64,000 nucleotides of DNA, from assembly GCA_016792845.1 (NCBI GenBank), contig JAEUKH010000018.1, positions 138,984 to 202,983 of the forward strand, written 5' to 3'. Made by a program: the position numbers and the translations under genes. The notes under the pieces were generated by a model, which had not been told where the DNA came from, searched no databases, and worked only from the letters and a program-made list of their open reading frames with translations. Numbering within the stretch: position 1 is the first letter of the stretch; every line of letters begins with the position of its first letter. Of the stretch, positions 29,963-39,850 are shown piece by piece. Source of the DNA: Myxococcales bacterium. Lineage in GTDB: Bacteria > Myxococcota_A > Polyangia > Polyangiales > Ga0077539.

Positions 29963-32220
29963 GGCCCGACCTTTCGCGCGGCCACGGCGGGCCCGCGCAG
30001 CACCAACGCCTCGCCCACCAGCACCACCACCACCGCGAGGAGCACCCCCAGCATGCCCCAACTCGGGATCAGGGCCGCCGCGAAGGCCGCCACGGCGGCG
30101 CCGCCGAGGCCGACGGCGAGCACCGTCCACGCGCGCTCTCGGGCGGTTCGGGCCATCGCGAGGGCGGCCGCGGCGTCGCGGAGGTCGTCGCTGGCGAGGG
30201 CCACCCCGGTGTCGCCCCCCATGGCCCCTGCGGCCTCGATCGAGATGCCCACATCGGCCGCGGCGAGAGCCATCCCGTCTTCGGCCGGTCGCCCCACCAC
30301 GGCCACGCCGTGCCCGACCTCTGAGAGCGCGCGCACCACCGCGGGGCGCTCTTCGGGTAGCACCTCGGGGCGCAAATTGGTGACATCGAGCAGGGCCCCG
30401 ATGGCCTCGACGGTGGCCCTGCTCGCGCCGCCGAGGAGCGCCACGTCGTAACCCGCATCGATCATCGACTGCACCGCCGAGCGGGCCTCCTCTCTCACTG
30501 GGTCGTCGAGCCCGACGGCCCCCTCGACGCGCCCTTCGAGGGCCACCAAGATGGCGGTACGGCACGCGCCCTCGATCGAGGCCACGAGGTCTTCGACGGG
30601 CCCCACACTCACCCCCTCGGCCAGCAAGAGCCGCCGGTCGCCGACCACCAACGACTGCCCCGCCGAGGTCACCGCGGTGATGCCGAGGCCGGGCACCACC
30701 GTCGGGCGGCGCACCGATTCGAGACGCCACCCGCGCTCGCGCACGGCGCGAAGCACGGCCCGCGCGATGGGGTCGTCGCCCGCGACGTCTTCGGCCGCCG
30801 CGACGGCCTCGAGGATCTCGCGCTCTTCGCGGTCGCCGAGGGCCACGATGTCGGTCACCTCGGGCCGCCCCACGGTCACCGTTCGCCGCAGGCACAGGGC
30901 CACGGTGCCGACCCGCGCCGCGGCTTCGACGCTGCCCGCGTCGCGAAACACGATGCCCCGCTGGGCCGCCGCCACGAGGGCGTCGACGAAGGGCAGCTCG
31001 ACCGCAGAGGCGATCATCGCCGCCGGAGAAAGCGAGAGAATACAAGCGGTTGCACGAAGCGCATCGTCGCTCCCGAGGAGCGCGCGCACCGCCCCCGTGA
31101 GCACCGCGAGGCCGAGCGCGCCGTAGGGCAGGAGCTCGCCCACGCGACGGGCGAGGTAGATCGAGCGGGGGCCGCCGCGGTCGTCTCCGAGGAGCCGCGC
31201 GAGGCGCGCCCAGGCGACCTCTTCGCCCGCCCGGGTGGCCTGCACCTGGAGCGTGCCGCCGAGCACCTTGGCCCCTGCGAGCACGGCGTCGCCCGGCGCC
31301 GCTCTGCGCGTGAGGGTCGCCCCGGGCCAAGGGCGAATCTCGGCCTCTCCCTGCCGCACGACGCCGTCGACGGCGACCACCGCGCCTGCGCCCACGACCA
31401 CCACGGCCCCGGCCCGCAGCCGCGCGGCCTCGACCCGCTCGGTGGCCTCGGCGCCGTCGACCCCGATGGTCGACTCTCCGGCGCTGAGCGGGCGGAGCAC
31501 CTCGGCCATGGTGGGCAGCGCGCGCCCGAGGGCGTCGAGGCCCTGGCGCCCTGCGATGCGGCGCGCCATCACGGCCCACACCGCGACGGGCGTCACCGCG
31601 GCGAGCACTGCGCTGTCACGGAGGGCCTCGACCACCGCGGGCCCCGACGCGCGGATCGCCGTCAACCAAGGCAAGAGCGCGCCGAGGAGGCCAATGGCCC
31701 TGCCCACCGCGTCGGGGTCGCGAAAGCGCCGCAAGAGGCCCCGCGCGTCGACCACGATGCCCGCCACCGCGGCCACGCCGACCAGGAGCACCCGCGCGAG
31801 GTGGGGCAGCACCCCGATGCTCGCCACGAGGGCCGCGAGGGCCGCCGCGGTGATGGCCACCGCAGGCGGGATGGGGTCGACCGGCTCATCGACTACGGCC
31901 CGTGTCGCACGCGGCGTCTCGCGGAGGCTGCGGGCCCCGGCCTGCTCACCGTGGACGACCTCGGTCGGCAGCGAGGCGCGCGCGAGGCCGAGCATGTCGG
32001 TGACCTCGACGACGCTCGGGCGATACACCCGCGCCGCGCGGCCGACGACGCTGGGGCGCTCGCCATCGGGGCGGCCCCGCTCGCGACACTCGCGCGAACA
32101 GTAGAAGCGGTACTGTTCGGCGATCACGGCCACAAAGGGCGCGCGCAGCGGGTCGACCGGCGTTCGACAGGTCGCGCAGGGCACACGCTCTTGGGCTTCG
32201 GCAGAGGGCTCGCTGTTCAC
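29959..32220 (-). CDS. P1B-type (heavy-metal) ATPase homologue with degenerate catalytic motifs and an N-terminal TRASH-like Cys4 domain
   Basis: Full colinearity with CopA/ZntA-like ATPases, but DKTGT is replaced by CLRRT, TGES by TRRA, TGDN by GGAS, GDGIND by GRPAED, and CPC by CIL. The N-terminus has C-x2-C-x23-C-x3-C. Confidence 0.6.
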   Translation of the reverse strand: MNSEPSAEAQERVPCATCRTPVDPLRAPFVAVIAEQYRFYCSRECRERGRPDGERPSVVGRAARVYRPSVVEVTDMLGLARASLPTEVVHGEQAGARSLRETPRATRAVVDEPVDPIPPAVAITAAALAALVASIGVLPHLARVLLVGVAAVAGIVVDARGLLRRFRDPDAVGRAIGLLGALLPWLTAIRASGPAVVEALRDSAVLAAVTPVAVWAVMARRIAGRQGLDALGRALPTMAEVLRPLSAGESTIGVDGAEATERVEAARLRAGAVVVVGAGAVVAVDGVVRQGEAEIRPWPGATLTRRAAPGDAVLAGAKVLGGTLQVQATRAGEEVAWARLARLLGDDRGGPRSIYLARRVGELLPYGALGLAVLTGAVRALLGSDDALRATACILSLSPAAMIASAVELPFVDALVAAAQRGIVFRDAGSVEAAARVGTVALCLRRTVTVGRPEVTDIVALGDREEREILEAVAAAEDVAGDDPIARAVLRAVRERGWRLESVRRPTVVPGLGITAVTSAGQSLVVGDRRLLLAEGVSVGPVEDLVASIEGACRTAILVALEGRVEGAVGLDDPVREEARSAVQSMIDAGYDVALLGGASRATVEAIGALLDVTNLRPEVLPEERPAVVRALSEVGHGVAVVGRPAEDGMALAAADVGISIEAAGAMGGDTGVALASDDLRDAAAALAMARTARERAWTVLAVGLGGAAVAAFAAALIPSWGMLGVLLAVVVVLVGEALVLRGPAVAARKVGP

Positions 32221-32269
32221 GTCAACGCGACGCGACGCCTACCACAGCCGACGGCCCCGCTGAAACCGA

Positions 32270-34362
32270 TCACGCCTCGGCGGCTGGCGCGAGGACCATC
32301 GGCCGCAGCGGGTCGACCCCGGCCTCGCCGCGACGCGGGAGCCTCGAACGATACCGTCGCCACCACTGCTCAGCGTGCAGCGAAGACCACGGCGGATCGA
32401 GCGGCGGGAGGTCGCGCAGGAGCGCCGCGAGGGCCCCGGCCGACTGCGGCCTAAGGGCGGTGTTCTTGCTCAGGCACCGCAGCACGAGGCTCTCGAGCGC
32501 CGCGGGGATGGGCAGCGGCGCGTGGGCGTCGAGAGCAGGCGGCGGCGTCGAGGTGTGCGCCGCGAAGAGCTCTCGCAGGTCTTCGTACTCGAAGGGGGCG
32601 CGCTGCGTGAGGAGGAAATACGCCACGCCGCCGAGCGCATAGACGTCGGCCGGGGGGCCCACGGGGCGCCCCTCGATGGCCTCGGGCGCGAGGTAGAGCG
32701 GGGTGCCCACCACGGCGTTCGAGGCGGTGATGTTGTGCCCTCGGCCCATGAAGTCTTTGGCCAGCCCGAAGTCGAGCACCTTCACAAAATCTGCGATGCC
32801 GCCGCGCTCACAAATCATCAGGTTGGCGGGCTTGATGTCGCGATGCACGACCCCCTCGCGGTGGGCCTCTTCGAGGGCGTCGCAGACCTGCAAGAGGAGC
32901 TTCACCACCCGCGCCGCGGGCATCACCCCGCTCAGCGCGATGGCCTCCTCGAAGGAGAAGCCTTCGACGAACTCCATCGCGTAGTAGAAGGTGCCCGCGG
33001 CGGCGTGGCCGTAGTCGTAGATGGCGATGGTGTTGGGGTGCGTGAGCCGGCTCGTAAAGGCCACCTCGCGCTCGAAGCGGGCCAGGGCGTCGGGGCTCAA
33101 GCGCTCGGGGCGGATCACCTTCACCGCCGTTGGGCGCTTGAGGAGCAGATGCTTCGCGCGCCAGACCCGCCCATGCCCCCGCTGCCGATCTTCTCGACCA
33201 GGGTGTAGGGCCCGAGGCGTTGGGCGCGGTCGACCTCGGCCATCAGCTGCCGCACGAGGCTCCGCGCGCCGAGGGCGAGGGCCGAGGCGAGGGTGAGGGC
33301 GATACAGAACAGGGCCGTCAGACGGGCCAGCCAGGGGTTGGTGTACGCCGACACGTCGGCGATCACGGTGAGCTGCCAGGTGCGCCCGGCGAAGGTGATG
33401 CGGTCGCGTCGCTCCCACCCGTGGGCTTCGCGGAGGGCGTTCAAGCGCACCCGGTCGGTCACATAGAGCACGCGCTGTGACTCTGCGACGCCGAGGTCGG
33501 TGAGCTCGACCGCGACGGGGTCGGCGGTGCCGTTGGCGTCGTGTTGAAGCTGCGGCATCACCTCGAAGAGCTTCATGGTCACCTGCCCGACGCCCACCAC
33601 GGCGCCGCGACGACGCTCGACGCTGTCGAGCTGGAGCCCTCGCGGGAACCCCGGCGCGTACACCGTCAAGAAGAGCTCGGGTTGCCCGTCGACGCGGTAG
33701 GGCGGCGAGGCCACCGGGGCGCCGTTGTCGATGGCGGTGCGCATGCGCTGCCAGTTTACGCGCAGCCGCGTGATGTCGACGCCGAGGTACTCAGCCGCCG
33801 TCGCGGGCTCGTTGAAGGCCACGGGGAAGTAGTCGCTCCGCACCTCGGCCCGGGTCGGATGACTGAAGGTGTAAACAGGCCCGCTGCTCTCGACGAGGTC
33901 GCGAATCTCAAAGTCTGCGAGCCCCTCGGCCCTACGATCAGCCTCGAACTGAGCGCGCTCAGATTGGAGGACCCGCGGCGTCCACGCGATGCTGCGCAGC
34001 TCGGCGTGACGCTGCAAGATCGCGTGTGCGTAGTCTCGAAACTCGGCCAGCGTGACCTGATCGCTGTTGCGCAAAAACGCGGGCACCGCGTCAGCCACGG
34101 CCTCGCACGCCGCGAGCTTGCTGCGCATCTCGACCTAGTAGTCACCCGCCTGCTCTGCGAAGGCCGCGTGGGCGGCGCGAGCATCGAGGCGATCGACGAG
34201 GCGCGTCGCCAGGGCCGTCACACCGAAGCCGACGAGCGTCGAGAAGAGCACCGCGCGGCGCTGCCGCACCGGCAGCCGATGCCAGAGCGCATACCAACGC
34301 CGGAGCCCGTCACGGCGAACCGGGCTCGATTCGAGGGTGGCTTGATCGCGCAACTCACTCAC
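32270..34362 (-). pseudogene. Disrupted sensor Ser/Thr protein kinase (TM - CHASE domain - TM - kinase)
   Basis: Three ORFs colinear with one sensor-kinase gene. A TM segment (34362..34138) is ended by an in-frame TAG. A CHASE-like domain (34128..) follows. The kinase subdomain I GSGGMG is separated from VAVKV by a -1 frameshift near 33165. Confidence 0.55.
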
Positions 34363-34441
34363 AGCGCGGCGACCATAGCGCACTCTATTTTGCACACCAC
34401 CCCCCTCGACCCGAAGGTGTGATATCGAGCACGCCCCCGCG

Positions 34442-35809
34442 ATGGAAGTTGAATGCGTTTCTTGTTCAACGCGCGCGCCGCAGGGCACGAAGCGTTGCCC
34501 CAAGTGCTTGAGGACTCGACTCTTGCCAGTGCCCGAAGCCCCCGCTCGGGGGGGCGAAAAGGGGCTCGCTCGACCCCTGCGCCTTGGGGTGCTCTTTGTG
34601 AGCCTCGGGCTCGGCGCGGGCGGGGCCGTCTGGCTCTCAAAATACAGAAAATCAAGCGACAATCGGGGTGTCGTCGCAGCCCCTGTGAGCGCGGCGCAGC
34701 TCGGCCTTGGAGATTCGTTGAGCCCCGAAGCGGCCGCTCTCACGCGGGCGGCCTCGACACCATCGGCGCGGCTCCGGGTGCTGGGCGAGCGGCTTCAGGC
34801 GCGACGGCGCGCGCGGTGGGTGTCTGGGGGTGATGGGGTGCCTCCGCCCCGCAGCCCGGCTCAGGTGTGGGAGGCCTTGGCGCGCCCCGAGACCGCGGTG
34901 ACGGAGCTCGAAGTGGCGCGTCTCGCGGCGGCGCTCTTGCGCGGGTGCGGCGACAGCGCCGAGGTCGCGCTCCGCGAGCGCCCGCGGCGACGTGAACACA
35001 GCCGTAGCGACGTGGCGGCCCTCGGCAGCTGGCTGGTGCGTTCGGGCGACCAGCTCCTCGACCTCGGGAGCATGATGGTGCTCGGCGCCAGCGCGGTGCC
35101 GCACACGGTGTTGAACAGTGTTCAACTCGCGGCGGCGCTCGACGCGGCAGCGGCGATCGAGGTCTCGACGGCGGCCGAGGGTCGGGCCGCGGCTTTAGGC
35201 CGGGCCGAGTCGGCGGTGAACGGTTGGCGCGACGGCTGGCTCCCGCTGGCTGCGCGGGCCACGGTTTGGGTCAACGTGGGGGCGAGCAGCGGGCTCGACC
35301 ACGCCGCCCGCGACCTCTCGGCGGCGATCGCGCTTTCAGACGACGCGGGCCTCCACCTCGCACGGGCGCGGGTGCTCCTGGGGCAGCGTCGCCTCGTCGA
35401 GGTCGCCTTCGAGACGCAGCGCGCGTTGCAGATGGCGCCGGGCTTCACCGAGGCCGCGATGGCGTCGATGCTCTTACATCGGGTCTACGCTCAGCTCGAC
35501 GGCGGCGCGCCTTCGGGGTGTGAGGCGCTCCATCTCGCGCACCAGCCCACGGCCGACCTCGCCTCGGTGCTCTGCGCCGAGGGCCAGTCTGAGGCCTCCC
35601 GGGCGCAGGCCGCGACGCAGCTCGTGGCGCGCTCGACAGACCCGTTGGTGTTGGCCTACGCGGGGCGGGCGCTCGGCCCTTCGGCGGCCCCGACGCTGCG
35701 GCAAAAGACGACCCTCGCGGCCGCGCGGCGAGAGCTCGTGGGCTGGCTCGAAGCGGCCGGTGAGAGCGCGCTGTTGGCGGCCCTGGTGCCCCAAGACGGT
35801 GGCCTGTGA
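34442..35809 (+). CDS. Zinc-ribbon plus TM hypothetical protein
   Basis: N-terminal C-x2-C-x10-C-x2-C, one TM, and a large helical domain. An in-frame palindrome at 35109 encodes LNSVQ. Confidence 0.45.
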   Translation: MEVECVSCSTRAPQGTKRCPKCLRTRLLPVPEAPARGGEKGLARPLRLGVLFVSLGLGAGGAVWLSKYRKSSDNRGVVAAPVSAAQLGLGDSLSPEAAALTRAASTPSARLRVLGERLQARRRARWVSGGDGVPPPRSPAQVWEALARPETAVTELEVARLAAALLRGCGDSAEVALRERPRRREHSRSDVAALGSWLVRSGDQLLDLGSMMVLGASAVPHTVLNSVQLAAALDAAAAIEVSTAAEGRAAALGRAESAVNGWRDGWLPLAARATVWVNVGASSGLDHAARDLSAAIALSDDAGLHLARARVLLGQRRLVEVAFETQRALQMAPGFTEAAMASMLLHRVYAQLDGGAPSGCEALHLAHQPTADLASVLCAEGQSEASRAQAATQLVARSTDPLVLAYAGRALGPSAAPTLRQKTTLAAARRELVGWLEAAGESALLAALVPQDGGL

Positions 35810-36195
35810 GGGCGCTGGGGCTGGCTGTCTTGGCGGCGCTTCTGGGGTGTGACCGCGGGGCCGAGCGCGCCCCCGCGGCGCCCCAGGAGGCGCTGCGCGA
35901 GTGGGTGCGGTGCAGCCTCGATGGCGTCGAGCCGACGGCCGACGTGGCGCAGCTCGAAGGGGCGCTGCGGCAAGGGCTGCGCCGCGATCGGGTGAACCTC
36001 GTCGTGCGCGGCGGGCGCTGCGAAGACAGCCTGGGGCTCGGGGCCGCGACGCACCCGTGTCTCGCGCCGCTCAAGACCCGGTGGGTTCAGTTTCTGACCG
36101 TCGCCCAGCGGCCCGGGGCCGACGCCATCGCCCTCGACATGGCCGTGCGCCACGTCGGCGAGCGCTACGACGCCGCCCGCCGTCACTGCCCGTGA
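35806..36195 (+). CDS. Small lipoprotein
   Basis: Lipobox LLGC. 4-bp overlap with the upstream gene. Confidence 0.4.
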   Translation: MRALGLAVLAALLGCDRGAERAPAAPQEALREWVRCSLDGVEPTADVAQLEGALRQGLRRDRVNLVVRGGRCEDSLGLGAATHPCLAPLKTRWVQFLTVAQRPGADAIALDMAVRHVGERYDAARRHCP

Positions 36196-36210
36196 TGTTC
36201 GACCTGGCGC

Positions 36211-37380
36211 TCAGGGCTCGCGCTGCACGAACAGCGACCACACCAGCGCGTCTTGGGTGTCTGTGGTGAAGACCGTGGGGCCCTCGCTCGGGCAGAGCCT
36301 GAGCCCGGCGACGTTCTCGTGCATGGGCACCTCGGTCTCGCCCCCAGAGGCCCGATCGTAGCGGGCCAGGCGCGCCCTGAGACCGACCGCGTGACGCACA
36401 AACCCCAAGCGCACGCAGCCGCGCCCGAGCTGCCGCGGGTCGACCACCGCGAGCACCCGCGAGAACGCGCGGTCGCCCGTCTGCACCACCGCGTCGTGCA
36501 CCGGCGGGAGCGTCTGCCCTCGCGACGCCTGCTGCTCGACGATCGAGAACTCCAACGGGAGGCCCGTCGTAAACCACGCGCCCGGCACCACCTCGGGCTC
36601 GACTCGCGGGTGAACCGGCTCGTCGTCGCGCTGTTGAACACTGTTCAACAGGGCGCGGTAAGTGACCGCGGTCGAAGGCACGAGCCGCGCAGCCCCGGGC
36701 CGGAGAGGCAGCGCGAGCCCCCCCACCGAGGGCCCCTCAAGGCTCGCCGCGCGGTCGAGCGCAGCCCCTTCGCCGAGGCCCACAAGCCCCTCGGGCGAGA
36801 AGGTGCCGCGGTTGAGCGCCGCAACACCGCCGACCTCGGCGCTCGGACCGCGGAGCACCGTCACGATCGCCGTGCCGCCGCGCACCGGCGGGGGCAGCAT
36901 CGGCGAGAGGTTGCGGGTCTCGAGCACCATCACGAGCTCGGCCGGCGCGTGGGTGCACCACTGGAGCTGCCCCGTGACGCCCATGGGTTCGCGGGCCACC
37001 ACCAAGGCAGGAGGCATCACGCTCACACGCTCGGCGCCCTCGGCGCGGTGTTGCAGCCCGAGGCGCTCGATGCGGTGATACCCGTGAACCGAGACCACCA
37101 CGGCCGCGCAGGTCTCGGCCCCGAGGCTCAGGGTGTACGACGCGTGACCCCGCGCGCCCGCGTCGGCTTCGAGCACCGGGAGCGTCACCTCGACGGGCTC
37201 GCGCATCCCCAAAGCCCGGGCCACCGCCACCTCGGTGTTGTGGACCCGCCGCGCGAGCGCCTCGGCCACCGGCGGCGCGTTTTCGGGAGGGTGCCGCGCC
37301 CGCGTCGCCGTCGCGTACATCAGCGCCACGATGGCCGAAAAGAACGCGCTGAGCACCCACAACACCGCCCGCAGAGACAT
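36211..37380 (-). CDS. Membrane-anchored hypothetical protein
   Basis: N-terminal TM. An in-frame palindrome at 36633 encodes LLNSVQQ. Confidence 0.4.
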   Translation of the reverse strand: MSLRAVLWVLSAFFSAIVALMYATATRARHPPENAPPVAEALARRVHNTEVAVARALGMREPVEVTLPVLEADAGARGHASYTLSLGAETCAAVVVSVHGYHRIERLGLQHRAEGAERVSVMPPALVVAREPMGVTGQLQWCTHAPAELVMVLETRNLSPMLPPPVRGGTAIVTVLRGPSAEVGGVAALNRGTFSPEGLVGLGEGAALDRAASLEGPSVGGLALPLRPGAARLVPSTAVTYRALLNSVQQRDDEPVHPRVEPEVVPGAWFTTGLPLEFSIVEQQASRGQTLPPVHDAVVQTGDRAFSRVLAVVDPRQLGRGCVRLGFVRHAVGLRARLARYDRASGGETEVPMHENVAGLRLCPSEGPTVFTTDTQDALVWSLFVQREP

Positions 37381-37522
37381 CGCGCGAGACTCTCACGCAT
37401 GACGCGCGCCCAGCAACGCGCGAGCGCGCACCCCCCGGCGGGCGCGGCGGCCGAGTGCACAGCCGCGACCGATGACAGGGCTCCACAACGGCCGCGCGAG
37501 GCGCTAGGCTGGCGGCCCTTCG

Positions 37523-38758
37523 ATGCGAGCGCGCGCTACGGCTTTGATGACTCTCTCGACGGCCCTCTGGGTCGCCTCGTCGCCCGCAGCGGCTCAGCTC
37601 ACGGGCGGGCGTATCGGCGGCTCCAACTGGGGCGCCGCGCGGCCCTCGCGCACCGTCCAGGCGAGGCCCTCGGTGATGCCGTCGTTCGGTGCGCCGACGC
37701 CGAGGCCGGCCCCCGCCCCCGCGCCGACGGTGCAGCTGCCGGGGCTCCCGGCGGTGGCTCCGAACCCCGCCGCGATGCCGGGGATCGCCGTCGTCACGCC
37801 GCGGGTCGAGGTGCCAGCGGCGCCGCTCCCTCGCCTCGCGGTGAGCGCGTATGTCGCCCCGCCTCCGCACCCGGGGTATGTGCTCTACGCTCCCGGGGGT
37901 CGCACCCTTGAGCCCGACGAGGCGCAAGCGACGCACCCCCTCTGGCCGATGCACGACACCTACGGCCCGCTGAACCTCCTGGGCGGCGCGGTGGTCTTTG
38001 TGGGTCTCTTCGGCGCGCTCGGGGTCGGCGCCTGGGTGCTCACCCGGGCTCAGGGCGCAGCGCCGTCGCCCTCGCCGCCGTCCATTCCCCACGCTCCTGC
38101 GGGGCTCCCGGTGTCGCTCGGCCGGGTCTCGCTCGCGTTCGACGCCTCGCTCCGCGCGCACCTCCAGGCTGAGCTCGCGCGCTTCGCCGCGCAGGCGTCG
38201 TCGTCGTCACCTGAGGCCCTCGAGCGCACGACGCGGCAGGCCATCGACCTCCTCGGCAGCGCCCTCGGGGCGGCGCGGGCCGCCGCGGTGGCGAGCGCGC
38301 AGAGCCGCGTCGACGAGGCCGAGCGGCGCTTCACCGGGCTCGCCGATTCGCTGCGGCAGCGGTACACCGTCGAGAGCATCACCGAGGCCCGACGGGTGGT
38401 GATGCCGGGCCTCTCGCCCCTCGCCGACGAGGGTCAAGGCTTCGTGGTGGTGTCGCTCCTCGTCGCTGTTGAAACCCCGGATCTTGAAGCCCCCGCAGAG
38501 TTGAACACTGTTCAACTTGGGGCGTGGTTGCGCGCGCTGCGACCGCGGGCCGGGGGGCTCCTCGCGACGGAGCTCATCTGGTCACCGGCCGACCCTGGCG
38601 ATCTCATGTCATCGGCCGAGATGCTGCACCTCTACCCCGAGCTTCGCCCGCTCGAAGGGGCGACGCTCGGGCGCGTGGTGTGCGGGCACTGCCGGGCGGT
38701 GTTCGCCGCCGAGTTGGGGCGCTGTCAGCGTTGCGGCGCGGCGCCCGCCCAAGCCTGA
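37523..38758 (+). CDS. DUF1517-like exported protein with a C-terminal zinc ribbon
   Basis: Signal peptide then GGRIGGSNWG. C-terminal C-x2-C-x12-C-x2-C. An in-frame palindrome at 38500 encodes ELNTVQL. Confidence 0.4.
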   Translation: MRARATALMTLSTALWVASSPAAAQLTGGRIGGSNWGAARPSRTVQARPSVMPSFGAPTPRPAPAPAPTVQLPGLPAVAPNPAAMPGIAVVTPRVEVPAAPLPRLAVSAYVAPPPHPGYVLYAPGGRTLEPDEAQATHPLWPMHDTYGPLNLLGGAVVFVGLFGALGVGAWVLTRAQGAAPSPSPPSIPHAPAGLPVSLGRVSLAFDASLRAHLQAELARFAAQASSSSPEALERTTRQAIDLLGSALGAARAAAVASAQSRVDEAERRFTGLADSLRQRYTVESITEARRVVMPGLSPLADEGQGFVVVSLLVAVETPDLEAPAELNTVQLGAWLRALRPRAGGLLATELIWSPADPGDLMSSAEMLHLYPELRPLEGATLGRVVCGHCRAVFAAELGRCQRCGAAPAQA

Positions 38759-38764
38759 GGCACC

Positions 38765-39823
38765 TCAGCGCTCGGCGGGGCGCGCTTCGAGGGTGAGCGG
38801 AACATCAAAGATGGCGCCCTCGCGGAGCACCCGCAGGGTCAACACGTCACCGACCCGCCGACCTTGCATCACCTCGCCGAGCTCTGAGAGCGCCCGCAGC
38901 GCGCGGCCCTCGGCGGCGAGCAGCACGTCGCCCCGCTCGCCGCCCCGCAGCCCCGCAGCCTCGGCGGGCCCGCCGCGGTGAACCACCGCCACCCGGAGCC
39001 CGCCCTGAACGGCCTGGATCGAGCTGCCCGGGGTGAGCTCTTCGAGCACCATCCCGAGCCACGGGGTCTCGACCACGCCCGCGCTCTCGACCACAGCACG
39101 GAGCACCGCGAGCGGCACCCCGAACGCGATGGGCGGCCCCGTGATCGAGGTCTCTTCGTCGGCCGGCGGCACCACGAGCCCCACCATCGCGCCGGTGCTG
39201 AGCGACACCAGCGCCGAGCCCGCCGACGAGGCCGCGGGGATGGGGTCGACCTCCCACGCGTCACGCAACAAGGTCGCGTCGGCCCCAACAAACGAGCGGC
39301 GGCGGCGGAGGAAGCCGCCCGAGACGCGGAGGTTCTCGGCGGGCATCCACGCGACCGGGTCGCGCACCCGCAGGTCGCCCTCGGCCAGCGCGATCTGCTC
39401 GGGCCAGCGGCCCGCGAAGCCTTCGAGGAGCGCCACACCCCACGCCTCGTCTTGGGCGATGAGCCGCGCGCGGTCGACGCGCCCGTCGGGGTAGCGCACC
39501 CGCACCTCGCGCTGGCCCCGCAAGAGCGCGAGCGCCGTCACGATGCGCCCCGCGGGGGCGAGCACCGCCCCGCGGCCCACGTCGCGGTTGCCCGACAGAA
39601 TCGACACCGTGGCGCGCCCCACGCGTCGCCCGAGGGCGGGCGGCACCGTCACCACCGTGGTGTTCGCCGCGGCCTGCGCAGCGCTTGCGCCCGCGGGGGT
39701 ACGACGGGTCTGGGCCTGCGCCGAGGCGGCCAGGCACCATGCCAAAGGAGCGAGCAAACCCAACGACACCGCGACGCGCACAGCGTCGAGGAGTGTGCCA
39801 CATTCGGGCTCTCGGGCGACCAC
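38765..39823 (-). CDS. Trypsin-like serine protease with a PDZ domain (HtrA/DegP-like)
   Basis: GSALVSLSTGAMVGL around the catalytic Ser. C-terminal PDZ (GLRGGERGDVLLAAEG). Signal peptide. Confidence 0.65.
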   Translation of the reverse strand: MVAREPECGTLLDAVRVAVSLGLLAPLAWCLAASAQAQTRRTPAGASAAQAAANTTVVTVPPALGRRVGRATVSILSGNRDVGRGAVLAPAGRIVTALALLRGQREVRVRYPDGRVDRARLIAQDEAWGVALLEGFAGRWPEQIALAEGDLRVRDPVAWMPAENLRVSGGFLRRRRSFVGADATLLRDAWEVDPIPAASSAGSALVSLSTGAMVGLVVPPADEETSITGPPIAFGVPLAVLRAVVESAGVVETPWLGMVLEELTPGSSIQAVQGGLRVAVVHRGGPAEAAGLRGGERGDVLLAAEGRALRALSELGEVMQGRRVGDVLTLRVLREGAIFDVPLTLEARPAER

Positions 39824-39850
39824 GGCTTTGCGCTATGACTCGCGCCCACC

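Noticed and set aside
29963-31579. 5' 540-codon extension of the mutT ORF (29531..31579)
   Set aside because: The extension is low-complexity Arg/Gly-rich and entirely overlaps the P-type-ATPase-like gene in another frame. The Nudix domain begins at MTNETVQ.
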